A stretch of 63,706 nucleotides of DNA, counting the filler, from Octopus bimaculoides (taxonomy: Eukaryota): assembly GCF_001194135.2 (NCBI RefSeq). It is 4 parts of 4 records of this genome, joined end to end, with 100 filler letters (N's around TTAATTAATTAA, not from the genome) between each part and the next. Parts side by side here need not be neighbours in the genome. Positions count along the whole stretch, not along the records: positions 48,188 to 56,302 come from NC_068989.1; positions 56,403 to 63,706 come from NC_068988.1; 2 more parts are not named here. The stretch is one strand, 5' to 3'. The notes under the pieces were generated by a model. It was not told the DNA's origin. It did no database searches and saw only the letters and a program-made list of their open reading frames with translations. Of this stretch, positions 50,941 to 63,295 are shown piece after piece. Numbering within the stretch: position 1 is the first letter of the stretch; each line of letters opens with the position of its first letter. The position numbers were made by a program, and so were the translations under genes.

Positions 50941-53790
50941 ACAGTAGCAGGGAATCTATCAGGTCCTACTACAGAATAATTCTTGATTTAATTTATTGCT
51001 GTTATGTTTGTTTTATTATTGTTTCTGCAATACTGTCTTTACTTTAGGGCCATATTGGAGAATAGTATGTCTGCTGCGTGCGCGTGTGCGAGTGTATGTA
51101 TAGGTAGGTCGGAAGAGAGGTAGATAAACACATGTTTTAAGACTACGGTGTTTCTTAAGATCCATAAACACTCACTGATTAATATAACACTGTAAGAAAA
51201 GACGAGGTATATGATGCATAGAATTGGCATATTTAATTTTTATTTCGTTTATCTATAACAAAATTCTTACAATTTCTATTTGGTGGTAACCACACGCATA
51301 CGTGTGTATTGGTGTGTGTGTATGCATATATACACTCACGCACATATACACAGACATATATATATATATATTCCGATAATACCCGTCTCTTGAAATACTT
51401 ATAATTTAGACAAAGAAAGTGGGGATTGTCAGTGGTCTTTATAGATCTTTCAATAATGACATGAAGAGGCTGGAGAAGGAGACAGTTATAGAAGACTTCA
51501 GTTCTGTATAGTAAGCATTATTTGAAGTGTTTTATAGAGGATACGATAGGTGAGACAATGAAGAACTGAGAATTGAGATTGTTGGACAGAAATCGTACGT
51601 AGCTTGTTTGGACACTGAAGCTACAGGTTGGTGTTAAAATCATAGATAAAGTAGCACATTGACTACGAGTCTAGAGTTTTTAAGAGGAAAAAAGGACAAG
51701 TTGAGTTTTATTCATAGCAAATTTATGGTTACAGAAAAATATCAAAGAATTACATAAGAAACGAACGCTAAACATATGTAAACATACACTTTCACACAAA
51801 TGAAAAAATCCCACACATACGTGTGTATGTTTGTATTTACGTAGTATATATATACGTTGATACACACCGGTATCCAAAAATGAATATATACATAAATATA
51901 TACATACATATATACGCATATATACATATTATATATATATATATATNNNNNNNNNNNNNNNNNNNNNNNNNNNNNNNNNNNNNNNNNNNNNNNNNNNNNN
52001 NNNNNNNNNNNNNNNNNNNNNNNNNNNNNNNNNNNNNNNNNNNNNNNNNNNNNNNNNNNNNNNNNNNNNNNNNNNNNNNNNNNNNNNNNNNNNNNNNNNN
52101 NNNNNNNNNNNNNNNNNNNNNNNNNNNNNNNNNNNTATAAATATGCATATACATATGTATATATAACATATACGTGCATACATATATGTATAGGAGTATT
52201 TATATAGATATTGTTATGTGTGTGTGCGTGTGTGTGCGTGAGTGTGTTTGTGAGTGTGTGCCTGTGTATGTTTTCATGTATGAATGTTTGTATATTAACA
52301 ACCGCAAACGTGCTAATTTTTCTCAGCATTTCAAATTAAGCACGTCAGGACAGAAGATTTGTTTGAAAACCTGTTGGTGACGGCAATAAGCTTGTGTAGA
52401 AGAAATACGTTTGAAATTCACAAAGATTTCTAGAAAGTCTTATCAGTGATATACCAGCTAGGGACTGGGAAATTGCAGCATTATCAATTTCCGATAGTTA
52501 AGAAAGCTTTTGGAATCTCTGTAATTGACTCAGAAATATATTGTTAATTTTATTACCCAGCACACAAACTTGGCACGTTAAACGAATGCAGACTTAGGCA
52601 TTAACGTTGTAAGCTGTTACAATCGTAACTGAGTGAGACCATACATGCGTACACACGCGTGCACACACATACACACACACACACACACACAACACACACG
52701 CAAACACTCAATCACACACACGCACAAACATGCATGTGTGTGTGTGTGTGTGTATGTTTAAATGTGTGTATTACGCACATGGGGATTTATGTCGTGCGGA
52801 GGATATTTCAGAGAAATAACAGTACGATACTGAGTGAGAAAACCAATCTCCACAACAGTTGTAGAACAATACTGTCGAATTATTTATGATCTATACATTG
52901 ATACGTATATACATACGTTCACATACGCACATGTTGATCTTATGGAGGGTGGGAGCTTATGTACGGTGTAAATATTTGATTGCCATAAACAATCATCTGT
53001 TCTACAAGGTAGCTCAGTACACTTATCTGTCGTTCACGAGAGCAGCGTTCATCCATATGTACGGATGCAAGTAAGTGTGTATATGTATATATTCAAGTAT
53101 ATATGATCACAGATATTTTTTCTGAATCTCCCTGATTCTTTTAATATGCTTCTTCCCTGGTATTAAATTGATATTAATTAATATCCAATTTTTTACCCTA
53201 TTGTTTTAATTTATTCAAGTATATATGTATGTATGCATGAGTGTATGTATAAATGTATGTTTGTATATATGTATGCATGCATGTGTGTCTGAACGTATGT
53301 ATGTAGTTATGAATGTATGTATGTGCATATTTATGTTTGCACGTATGTGAGTGTGTATATATGCACGTGTGTATGTATGTATATTTGTACGTATGTATCT
53401 ATGTATTTATGTATATATGCATGTATGCATGTATATTGAAATTTGCGGAAATTTGAAGATTTTTGTCGTATATTTTTAGGAAGTGTAACAAAATTATGCG
53501 TTTAAATGATAACTCGAGAATACACATCGATAGAGGAATACATTTTAACAAAAATAAAAAAAAGAAGAGAAAACTAACGAAGGCCAGTTACTGTTAGAAT
53601 TAGCTGAAGTCTAGTTTCAGTGTCAAGATACTCCAGCGTCTATTGTCATTATGTGACAAACTTTATGACATCTGTGACCAATAAAAATTCGCAGCTCATT
53701 TAACTTGACCAGACCTCTATCGAACTAGAACACGCTGTAGTGAAGGGAATAAAGATGCAGACTGAAATGAACGCACACGCACACACACAC

Positions 53791-53830
<40 letters not shown>

Positions 53831-54014
53831 ACACACACACACACACGCGCNNNNNNNNNNNNNNNNNNNNNNNNNNNNNNNNNNNNNNNNNNNNNNNNNN
53901 NNNNNNNNNNNNNNNNNNNNNNNNNNNNNNNNNNNNNNNNNNNNNNNNNNNNNNNNNNNNNNNNNNNNNNNNNNNNNNNNNNNNNNNNNNNNNNNNNNNN
54001 NNNNNNNNNNNNNN

Positions 54015-54059
<45 letters not shown>

Positions 54060-55509
54060 CACACACACACACACACACACCAATAAATTTATATGCTTAT
54101 TGATACATACATACATACATACATAAACACATACACATATATATATACCTACACTAAACTTGTTTTGTCAGAAAAACTCGGTTCAAACCTTCATTGATTA
54201 CTCTCCTTTAAAATCGTTCTCTTTTATTATATTTTCTACTAAATTAAAATTGGTGGTTCGATCGTTTTACAATAGCAATGTTATTGGAAGCCTGATGAAC
54301 ACCCGTAAATCATTTACATTTGCCTTTAACTGATAGACTTACTTCACAAAATCCATAAGCTTCCAAAGAGCTGTTCGATCGTTAAGCTTCAGACGTACCT
54401 TCCCTCTTGATTGATATTATAATCCTACTATTCACCCACAATCCACCAGGTATTGCATCAATAATAACAATCATAATCCTCTTTCCATACAACGTTTGTG
54501 ATCGGATGGTTAGTAATCAATGGAAAAAATATATAATTAACGTAACACCAGAATGATGTGGCGAAATACTTAGAGATGAATAGAAGACGAAATAGTTGCT
54601 GCAGTAACATTATGTGTACCTCACTACCTCACATTGCTGAAGTGAAAATACACAGTGTCCTTTTGTATCTACTCACAGAGATGTCAATAATTGACAATGA
54701 AACACCGCTGTTGATTCAATTGACTCTATCTCATCGCAATACGAAAAGTGAACATTGGCAAATCAAATTTATATTTTTCTAAAGGCATCAACGCCAATGA
54801 AAAGAAACTAACGTCTTCATTTTCTTAAACATTCGAGGCCACGTATTTCTGTAGAAAATCAATATTCCTTCAAGCCAACAACAGATCATTTAAACAGTCG
54901 CTAAAATTACTAGAAATAGCAGCGAAGTTTTAAAAAAGTCATAATATATTTCCTCAAGTAATGAAAGAACACCTAGTATAATATAATGCTAGACATACTC
55001 CTAAAATCTCGAAATAACACGAGCAATGATCTAAAGCTCAATAAGAACAACGACACAAGAACAATAACAGCAACAATAATGTTTAGCGGTATTTTTCCCG
55101 GCTTTTAATGCTCTGAGTTTAAATTTCACTGGGATTAAATTTGCCTTTCAGCTCTTCGCAATCGGTAAAAAAAAAAAAGCAACTGGGGGGGTCGAACGAA
55201 GAACTGGGGTTCTTGAAGTAATTGACTTGCCTCACCTTTAAAATTTGGGGCAAAATTTCAAAGAGTTATTATAATTACTAGGGCGGTGATTTTGGTGAAC
55301 CATTAGCGCGTCGGACAAACTGCAAGCGGCATTTATTCCAACTGTTTATGTTCTGAGTTTAAATTTCACCGAGGTCAGCTTTGCCTTTACTCCTTTCAGA
55401 GACCTTAAAATAAATATTTGAGCATTGGGGTTGATGTAATCGATTTGCCCTCCCGCAAAAGTTTCAGACATTATGCCTATGGTAGACAGAACTATTATTC
55501 ACAAAGATT

Positions 55510-55756
55510 TGTGATACGCCCTAGATGACTCTTGTTATGTCTCAAGCTACTGCTATCTAGCACCTTCGGATGATCTCTACTCGACTGCTACGCAACGGCT
55601 ACTCAACCCTACTCAACTCTCTACCACGGCTAGAATACCTCTATTTATATGTCTTGGGCGATCCTACTTCTTCGCTTGGGGGCGTCGACACAACAACCCT
55701 TATGTTGTGTTGGCCCCTTTTTTGTTTTGTGTTCGGCCCTTGAGACCAATAAAGAA

Positions 55757-55757
<1 letters not shown>
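55510..55757 (+). mobile_element. Possible LTR fragment
   Basis: Starts TGTG, with an internal TATTTATA and AATAAA at 55748, then is cut by (ATT)n. No second copy to confirm. Confidence 0.35.
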
Positions 55758-55817
<60 letters not shown>

Positions 55818-55839
55818 GTATTATTGATTGATTGATTGA

Positions 55840-55998
55840 TTGAGAGAGCAATGCATGCCGTCACATAAGGGTACAAATATACGAAGTTCAATATACCCAT
55901 CATGAATACCCGTTTAATAAGGGTACATCAGGCACATGCATCACAACCATAAGTGCGCCACATGATAATCTCATATCAAGATAAACAGCACATGACCC
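55840..55998 (-). mobile_element. Probable LINE 3' UTR remnant between two (ATT)n tracts
   Basis: Non-coding segment embedded in TAA repeats like the adjacent R4 end; family not provable here. Confidence 0.35.
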
Positions 55999-56069
<71 letters not shown>

Positions 56070-56071
<2 letters not shown>

Positions 56072-56301
56072 TAGTTTTATTTTTATAACGTGCTTTCACT
56101 TCACTACCGAGCGCAGCTCTGTGCGCCTTGGGTATGTGCTGTGGTTTGCTGTGGTGCTCTTATGTTTACTGTATTGAAAGTGTTTTGCGTAGAATGTGTG
56201 CAGTACCCAGTAGTGCAATTTTCTGTATGTTATATATATTTGTAAGTCCTGGTATTTTTGTTATGTATTTGTCTGAATATTTTTTTATTATACCTAAGAC
56301 A
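56070..56301 (-). mobile_element. R4/Dong-like LINE 3' end
   Basis: LGIIKKYSDKYITKIPGLTNIYNIQKIALLGTAHILRKTLSIQ*, then a 3' UTR and an (ATA)n tail. Confidence 0.85.
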
Positions 56302-56402
56302 CNNNNNNNNNNNNNNNNNNNNNNNNNNNNNNNNNNNNNNNNNNNNTTAATTAATTAANNNNNNNNNNNNNNNNNNNNNNNNNNNNNNNNNNNNNNNNNN
56401 NN

Positions 56403-57064
56403 GAGCACACCTTCGTGCAGATCGGGGAAGAAGTTTGGGTAAAACCCCCAAATGCACGGTGCACATCACAATGGGGGAAAGGAACTATAACCTCCATCAA
56501 TTCAAAGAACAACGTCTCAGTCGATGGTATGCCACGCCATGTTTTGGATGTGTGGAAGATTGTCAGTGTTTCAGATGATGAAGACAGCAGCAGTAGGCAA
56601 GATGATGAAGGCAGCGCGCCAGGAACTCAGGCCAAGAACTCAGGCCAGTCCCGGGGTCGCACAGCGACCACAGAGGGAGCGGCACCCTCCTCCCTGGTTG
56701 GCTGATTATGAAACCAATTAAGGTAGTTCGAGAGAGAGGAGTGAGTGGGAGAGCCGGCTGAATGATCTATAGATTAGTGGGGCGTGTGGTGTTATGGGCT
56801 GTGATGAGCTGTGTGTTGTTGGTGGAGAGAAGTGAGGCAAACAGAAGTGAAGCCAGACCAGAAGTCGGCCACACGCGGTCGAAGGCTAGCACGTGGGTCA
56901 GTCAGAAAACAGAGAGGTTACGAGAAAGACGTGTTTTGATCAGGAGCGATTGTGTACTCCGCTGCGGTCGACAAGGTAAGGTCCAATATTTCATTCTGTC
57001 CTTTTGCTTCTTGTTGTCTTTTTCCTCCATCACACCACAGAAAGTAAAGCAATTTGGACCTTAT
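56403..57064 (+). mobile_element. Ty3/Gypsy retrotransposon 3' end: integrase C-terminus, polypurine tract and 3' LTR
   Basis: QIGEEVWVKPPNARCTSQWGKGTITSINSKNNVSVDGMPRHVLD...RPQRERHPPPWLADY*. A purine tract AGAGAGAGGAG precedes TG at 56742. The LTR end is approximate. Confidence 0.78.
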
Positions 57065-57392
57065 ATAAGGAAGGAGTAAGGTGCAATGTGACTTTTGAGT
57101 TAGAAGAAACTAAAAACAGTTCATGTTATGCAGAAGGAGGACTTGATACTTTTCCTTGAAAATTTATGCAGCTCTAGCAGTTTCAAGCTCCATTTTACTA
57201 TTAGTAACAACATATTTTATCCGACATTCAAACGAAAACAAAAACATAGAAATATAAAACATTATTATTAAATATAAAACATTATTTTAAATGTTTTAAA
57301 AACCAGAGGATATTTTCAGGAACGTTTTATTTCAGAAGCAGAGTTTCTTCCTCTGGAATGAATTTCTTTATGAATGCCATTTATTTTCAGAT

Positions 57393-57720
57393 TCGTGGTC
57401 CGATCAATAAATATTCGGACTGTTGCCATAGTACCGAAGCCAAAGCACGCAGAATGAAGCCACTTGGTGCAGATTGACCTTAAACTCCGCTGTGTATGCA
57501 CACTAAGTTTCAACGTTCTAACTCACTTCTGCTGTTTACAGCAGTGCTTGGAAGGAAGGTGTGTTGTGTGTGATCATCGCATTGAATATGACAGAGAAAG
57601 AGAGCAAAACAATGAGAAATCATTGCTAAATGTCAGCAATCGAGTAAATATATGTACTCAGAACTGAATCACTTGAACAGATACAGTTGTATAGTAATCC
57701 TCATATGCAACCATAAACTG
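57393..57720 (+). mobile_element. Mariner-type transposon 5' fragment (TIR, UTR and decayed start of transposase)
   Basis: cgtggtccgatcaataaatattcggactg TIR-like start and ATGACAGAGAAAG; recognised from memory of octopus-type mariners. Confidence 0.55.
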
Positions 57721-58180
57721 AAAAGTTCTTTTCTAGGATTTAGAAAAAAGAATAGTAAGTTCAAAGTAATATCGATACTTTTATTATCTCAAAACATACT
57801 TTAAAACAAGTTGATGACTCATAATAACAAGTTAATATTGTTGTTTACATGTATGTTGTAATGATTATAATAATTTGTAATCATGTAATGATTATAATAA
57901 TCTGAACACGCCAATAATAATCCAATGATTGTAATATGCTATTGCTAAAAAGTGAAGTAAAAAAGATCATTTTAAGAGTTTAGAAAAATATGTATATAAT
58001 GTTCAAATTGGTATTGATAATTTATTATCTCACAAATGTAACTTAAAATAAGTTGATGATTTTTAATAAGTTAATTTCATTGTTCATGTGTAAGATGTAA
58101 TAATTATAATTCGAAGATGCCGATTATAACCATGTAATGGCTATAATGATTTGAACATGCCAATAATAATCAAATGATGG
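57721..58180. repeat. Diverged tandem duplication, period about 240 bp
   Basis: ttattatctc...aagttgatga...tgaaca(c/t)gccaataataatc(c/a)aatgat occurs twice. Confidence 0.75.
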
Positions 58181-58411
58181 ATATACAGTATGTAAGTGAG
58201 GCTTGTAGAGATGTATGTATTTCCTGCATTCCCTTCAGTAAATTACCCCACTTTGTCTCTCTCTCTCTGTACATACATACATACATACATACACACATAC
58301 ATACACACATACACACATACATACATACATACACACACACATACACACACACACATACATACACACACACATACATACATACATACATACATACATACAT
58401 ACATACAAACA

Positions 58412-58986
58412 ATCTGGAGTGTACAGTATTATATGTCCATTACAACTGATCTTACCAATCAGTTTTGCACTAGAGATTCAACAGAGTGTTAGGTAACAAT
58501 CCAATTATGTAACGCTACATTCGTCAGAGATAGCCCATATGGAATGAAATATAGCAACTGCTCTCTATTGTTGGAGGTGAATAAACAAATGCAGTTTGTG
58601 GTTGCTGTGAAAATGATGATGAAGCAAAATGAAAAAGGGATTGAGTTAAGCGTTATGTCCCTCAGTACCAAAACATCATCACTGAGGTGGTTATGCTTGC
58701 GGAAAATGTGCATGTACTTAAGGTTGGTGTTCTTGTGGAAATGGAATTTGTGTAGTGGTAGTATATGCATAATCTTTGCAGGGGGTGTGGGAAAGCAACC
58801 ACAAACTGGATGTGTATATTCACCTCCAACAATAGAGAACAGTCGCCATATTTCATTCCATATCAGCTACTTCTGATGAATGTAGGGTTATATAATCAGG
58901 TTGTTACCTAACACTGTTGAATCCCAAGCGTGAAATCCATTCATAAGATCAGCCATAATGGATATATAATACTGTACACTTTGGAT
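58412..58986. mobile_element. Inverted repeat (arms about 195 bp) with a decayed hammerhead motif in each arm; probable Penelope-type terminal repeat
   Basis: 58412-58606 is the reverse complement of 58794-58986 at about 80 percent. CTGATGA at 58873 (+) and CTGACGA at 58521-58527 (-). Confidence 0.7.
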
Positions 58987-59249
58987 AATATACCTACTCT
59001 ATTGACAGATATATGAGTACATTTTTTTCTTGACTTATGGACTCTTAGACGACTTGACGTTAAATGATGATGATGATATATATATATATCTTCTTACAAC
59101 TAAATAACTGCAATTCCTTTCACCAAGCTCTCCACCACTAATACTCATTTCTCTCTCCCTCTCTCTCTCTCCCTCTCTTTCTCCCTCCCCTCTCTCTCTC
59201 TCTCTCTCTCTCCCTCCCTCTTTTCAACTCACCTATTAATGAACCACGT

Positions 59250-60726
59250 GACAATATCACACGTTTGACCTTAGCATATTAATATGGTGATAAAAACATT
59301 CTGTAAATATTTCTTTGAAAGGTTTATTCTTGCAGTATTTTTTCTACTTGTGTAGCAAGATTCAAAACTGAATCAACAAACCACCAAGTTAAAACCATGG
59401 CTTAGCAACAGCATTTTCCTGTGATCAGCAGGGTTTTGGACCCATCATCTTTCTAGAAGCTGCTACAAATGAACATGTTTTGAGCACCAAACTTCAGCTT
59501 GTGGCCACCCGCAGCTAAGCTAACTACATTCTCATTTTGCTGCTTTTAACAGTTGTTTTCATGACTCTTTACTCAACCAAGACAGCAGCTCTAGTTCACC
59601 GACATGAACCTAGTGTGTATATTTTCTCCTATATTGACAGCATAATTAAAGAGTCTTTTTAATCAACTATTTGTAAGAGCTACAGAATTGTCCTTTTCAG
59701 TGTGTAGACTTTGTTGTCCCATTTTTAATTCATGACTAATATGGAAAATATCTTTGTGCTGAAATAAAATTCTTTTAATTGTTCTCGAGTCTTGCCCATT
59801 CATTATAAGCAGTCAGAACCCAACTCAACTACCAGCATCTCATATCCTTCATATATGTCTATTGTGACTAGAGTTAACAACACCTCATGATACACCAAAC
59901 ACTTATTTTGGTTATACTTCTTAAAACACAACCCAACAGGTATTTTGTTGTCCAGATATTTTTACCTGATTTGAAGGTTTTTTGATATTTTGAATCCGAA
60001 AATAGAATCCATTTTTTGGCTGTCATGTCTATATTTCAAGATACACCTCACCAATCATTAGTGGATGATATGTGTGAACTTTAAGAAGGTCAATATTCTC
60101 TTGGGGCAACAAAGTGGATACACCAAATATCCATGCTTTTTATGTATGTGGGGCAGCAGAACCAAGGAAACACATTAGGTGACCAAAGAATGGCTACACT
60201 GAACACTAGTTCAAGAGTCTTTTAATGTGGTTGAAGTGCCGTTAGTTCAACTGGGAAAATTACCCTTCCTCCACTCCATATTGGCATTATGAAGCAGACT
60301 GAACAAAGATATCAAAGCAGATGGGACTTGCATATGTTGGCAGACTATTACTGGAACTTGGGTCACAAACTTCCTGAAGTTCAGCACTTGAGAAAATCAT
60401 CTAAATGCAAATTCATGAGAAATTAAGCATAAGCAATGATCTAATTTTTCTGTAGAAATTTTAAGATTTTTATTAGTTTTTAGTAGAATATTAAGAAAAC
60501 ATTCTGGTTTTGAGAAAAAATCTATTTCTAAGTTTGAATGTTATGCCTTGCTCTTCATAAGCTATTTTATTGAAGAACCAATGAAATTCTATGCCTCCAG
60601 TATCACAAAATTTTGACATGATGGTAATAAATGGATGTCATTCTCAGATTTTGTGCATTAGAAAAACTCTAGTTCAAGTCCAAATTTTTTGACAACAGAG
60701 AAAACAATTTTTTTTTTTTGGCCTGC
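59250..60726 (+). mobile_element. Chapaev3-like (CMC) DNA transposon relic
   Basis: KKVNILLGQQSGYTKYPCFLCMWGSR and a frameshifted LPPLHI-like segment. The T-rich end ...tttttggcctgca resembles the family 3' terminus. The superfamily call is from memory. Confidence 0.6.
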
Positions 60727-60859
60727 ATAATTTATTACTTTAATTGATGTATGTTATGAAGTGGGGCGAGGGAGATCTGCAAAGCTAAATGAAAATCATG
60801 CACTTGCTGATTCTCACAATGTGAAGGTCTGCCATGCCAGAATGAAAAGTATAAGGTTC

Positions 60860-61970
60860 TCAGAAAGTTGGTAATACTTCATTGAATTAGGAAGATGGCT
60901 CACAACTTTACACTGAGAAAAATATCAAAAAGTGGAAGAAGGAACATTTTAGTAAGCTGCTAAACCTGACCTCAACAATTTCTCATGAGGCTATGAAATA
61001 TATTCAGCAACTCCAGGAAGTTAGCAGTTTGGATCTTTCACCGAATGTGGAGAAGTTTGTAACTGTCATGGAAGTCTATAAGTATGGTGAGAAGAAAATG
61101 GTCTGTAGGTTTCTCTAATTTTCTGGATAATGTTAGCCATAAAATAACCATCCCCAATAGTTAAAGGATGCACAATTAATCACCAGTTACAAGGGAAAGG
61201 GTGACTAATTTCCTCTTTCCCTTGTAAATGGTGACCTACACAACTCTGAAAATTACTGAAGAATTTTCCTTCTCTAAATCAAAGGAAAAATTCTAGCAGA
61301 AATACTACTCAGGCAATTACAAAAAGTATCCACATAGATTCTTCCTGAAGCTGGTATGGACTTTGTGTGTGTAGAAAAGCCAATGATATGATTTTCACAT
61401 CGTGACAAATTTTAGAAGAGGCTATTGAACAGCACTTACTTTTCATCATTTTAAATGAAGGATTTTGACAATATCGGAAGAAAAGGTTTATGAGCCCTGT
61501 TCAAAAGATTTGAGTGTTGGACGAACCTGTGGAGACAGTCAGGCAGTTCCATAAAAGCATGTCTACCATGATATCTCCTGGGTGTGACAGTTTGGTCTCT
61601 GAGCAGGGTACTGTACTTCCTTCAACGTTGTTTGCATTATTCCAGGCTGCTGTGCTAGGAAAGTGAGCGAACAAACTCGTGGGCAAATATATATTCGCAC
61701 AAGAGTAGATGGTTAATTGTTAAACCTAAGAAAATACTGTCTTATGTGTATTTGTGAATGTCTCTTCATTGATGACTCATCTCTAATGGCTCATTCCCTA
61801 GAAGATATCCAGAAAATTACACAGTTTTGGATATGCAGTGACAGTTTTTTTGACCTACCAATGTATATATGCAAAAAGTATTGGAGTGGTAGAACATGAA
61901 TCTCCAACCATTATAATTGCAAATCAACTTCTATATGTAATGAAGAATTTCACATATCTGGGAAGTATGT
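60860..61970 (+). mobile_element. RTE (BovB-like) LINE fragment, heavily decayed RT
   Basis: Remnants KEHFSKLLN, KDAQLITSYKGKGD, GKILAEILLRQL, DMIFT, LFIDDSSLMAHSLEDIQ and FTYLGS. Confidence 0.8.
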
Positions 61971-62032
61971 GTGTGTGAGTCTGTGTGTGTGAGTGTGTGT
62001 GAGTGTGTGTGTGGAAGTCCCATATATATATA

Positions 62033-63295
62033 TGAGGGTTGGCTGAAAAGTTAATAGGCTGACCAAGATACTCTTATAGAATGTGATCAATGAGGTTTAT
62101 TTTTTAGTATAGTCTTTCTTGCAGTCCACACAACACTTCTGTTATTGTTACAGTAATTGGATCCCATTAGTGAAGAAGCTTTCATCCCGTTAGTCACAAA
62201 ATCATCAACAGCAGATATGAGGTCATCATCAATGCGATACTGATTCCCAGTCAAATATTGTTCCTGTTGGAGAACAGATGATAGTCAGATGGGGACAAAT
62301 CAGAATAGGAAGGGTGATCAACCAGTTCAGAGCTACAGTACTGCACAGCAGCCATTGAAACTAAGGACTTGTATGCTGAAGCCTGCTCCTGATGAAACAG
62401 AACCCCTTTCGTCAGTTTTCCTGAACATTTAGTCTTGATAGCCTTTTGTAACTGTCTCAGTAAGTTAGCATAGTACTCTTCATTGATCATGTAGCCTCTT
62501 TGAAGATGGTCAACAAAGACATCTTTTACGTCCCAAAAACTCAGGCCATCACCTCCTCTGCAGATGAAATGACTTTGGCCTTGTTTGGAGCAGGTGAAGC
62601 AGAGTGTTTCCATTGCATGGATTGTCTCTTTGTCTCTGGCTCAAAATGATGAAGCTAGCACTCACTCTGGTTAGGAAACCAGCTATATCTGCATTAAACA
62701 ATGTCAGATTTTGCAGTGATGTGATCACCCTGGTGCACTTTTGATCAAGTGCCAGAAGATGTGCCACCCATTGAACAGAAACCTTCATCATGCCAAGTTC
62801 ATTGAACAAACTATTCTCAAGTCTCTCATGGGATTTGCTAATAGCATTGACTTTCTGATTTATAGTCAACTGTCTGTCATCCATCAGCATGTAGTGAACA
62901 CAGTCAATGTTTTCCTTGTTGGTGGCAGTTTCAGGACTTAGATGTTGGATCATCTTCAAGACTCTCCCTTCCTCTGCTAAGTTCAGCTGCCCACTGTTGC
63001 TAAAGCTGGAGCATCATACCCCTAATGTAGTAATAGTGTCAGCATGAATGTCCTTGGGGGCTAAACCCTTTTTTTACAGGTATTTGATAATACGATGATG
63101 CTAAATTTTGCTGATTTTTTAGAGTAGTTGTCACTAGCAACCTTTGAAGTCTTCTCTGAATAGTTAAATATCAGTTTACCTGGAATGAAACAATGCATTT
63201 CTTAATAAGAAGAGCTGAAATTAATGCATGCAAGATGTCACAGCTCTAGCAACACTCCTTCATAGTCAACATAGGAACTTTCCAGTCAAACCTCA
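62033..63295 (-). mobile_element. Full-length but inactive mariner (DD34D, SETMAR/Mos1-like) transposon
   Basis: About 1.26 kb between imperfect TIRs flanked by TA. Transposase remnants KVSVQWVAHLL, FWDVKD, YYANLLRQLQKAI, LFHQEQAS and HPSYSDLSPSDYHLF, with frameshifts. Confidence 0.92.

Noticed and set aside
44584-62395. Other CTGANGA heptamers (44584 minus, 50053, 54292, 62389; also 25407 minus)
   Set aside because: No correctly placed GAAAN...NUH or stems. The 62389 one is simply the antisense of mariner codons LFHQ.
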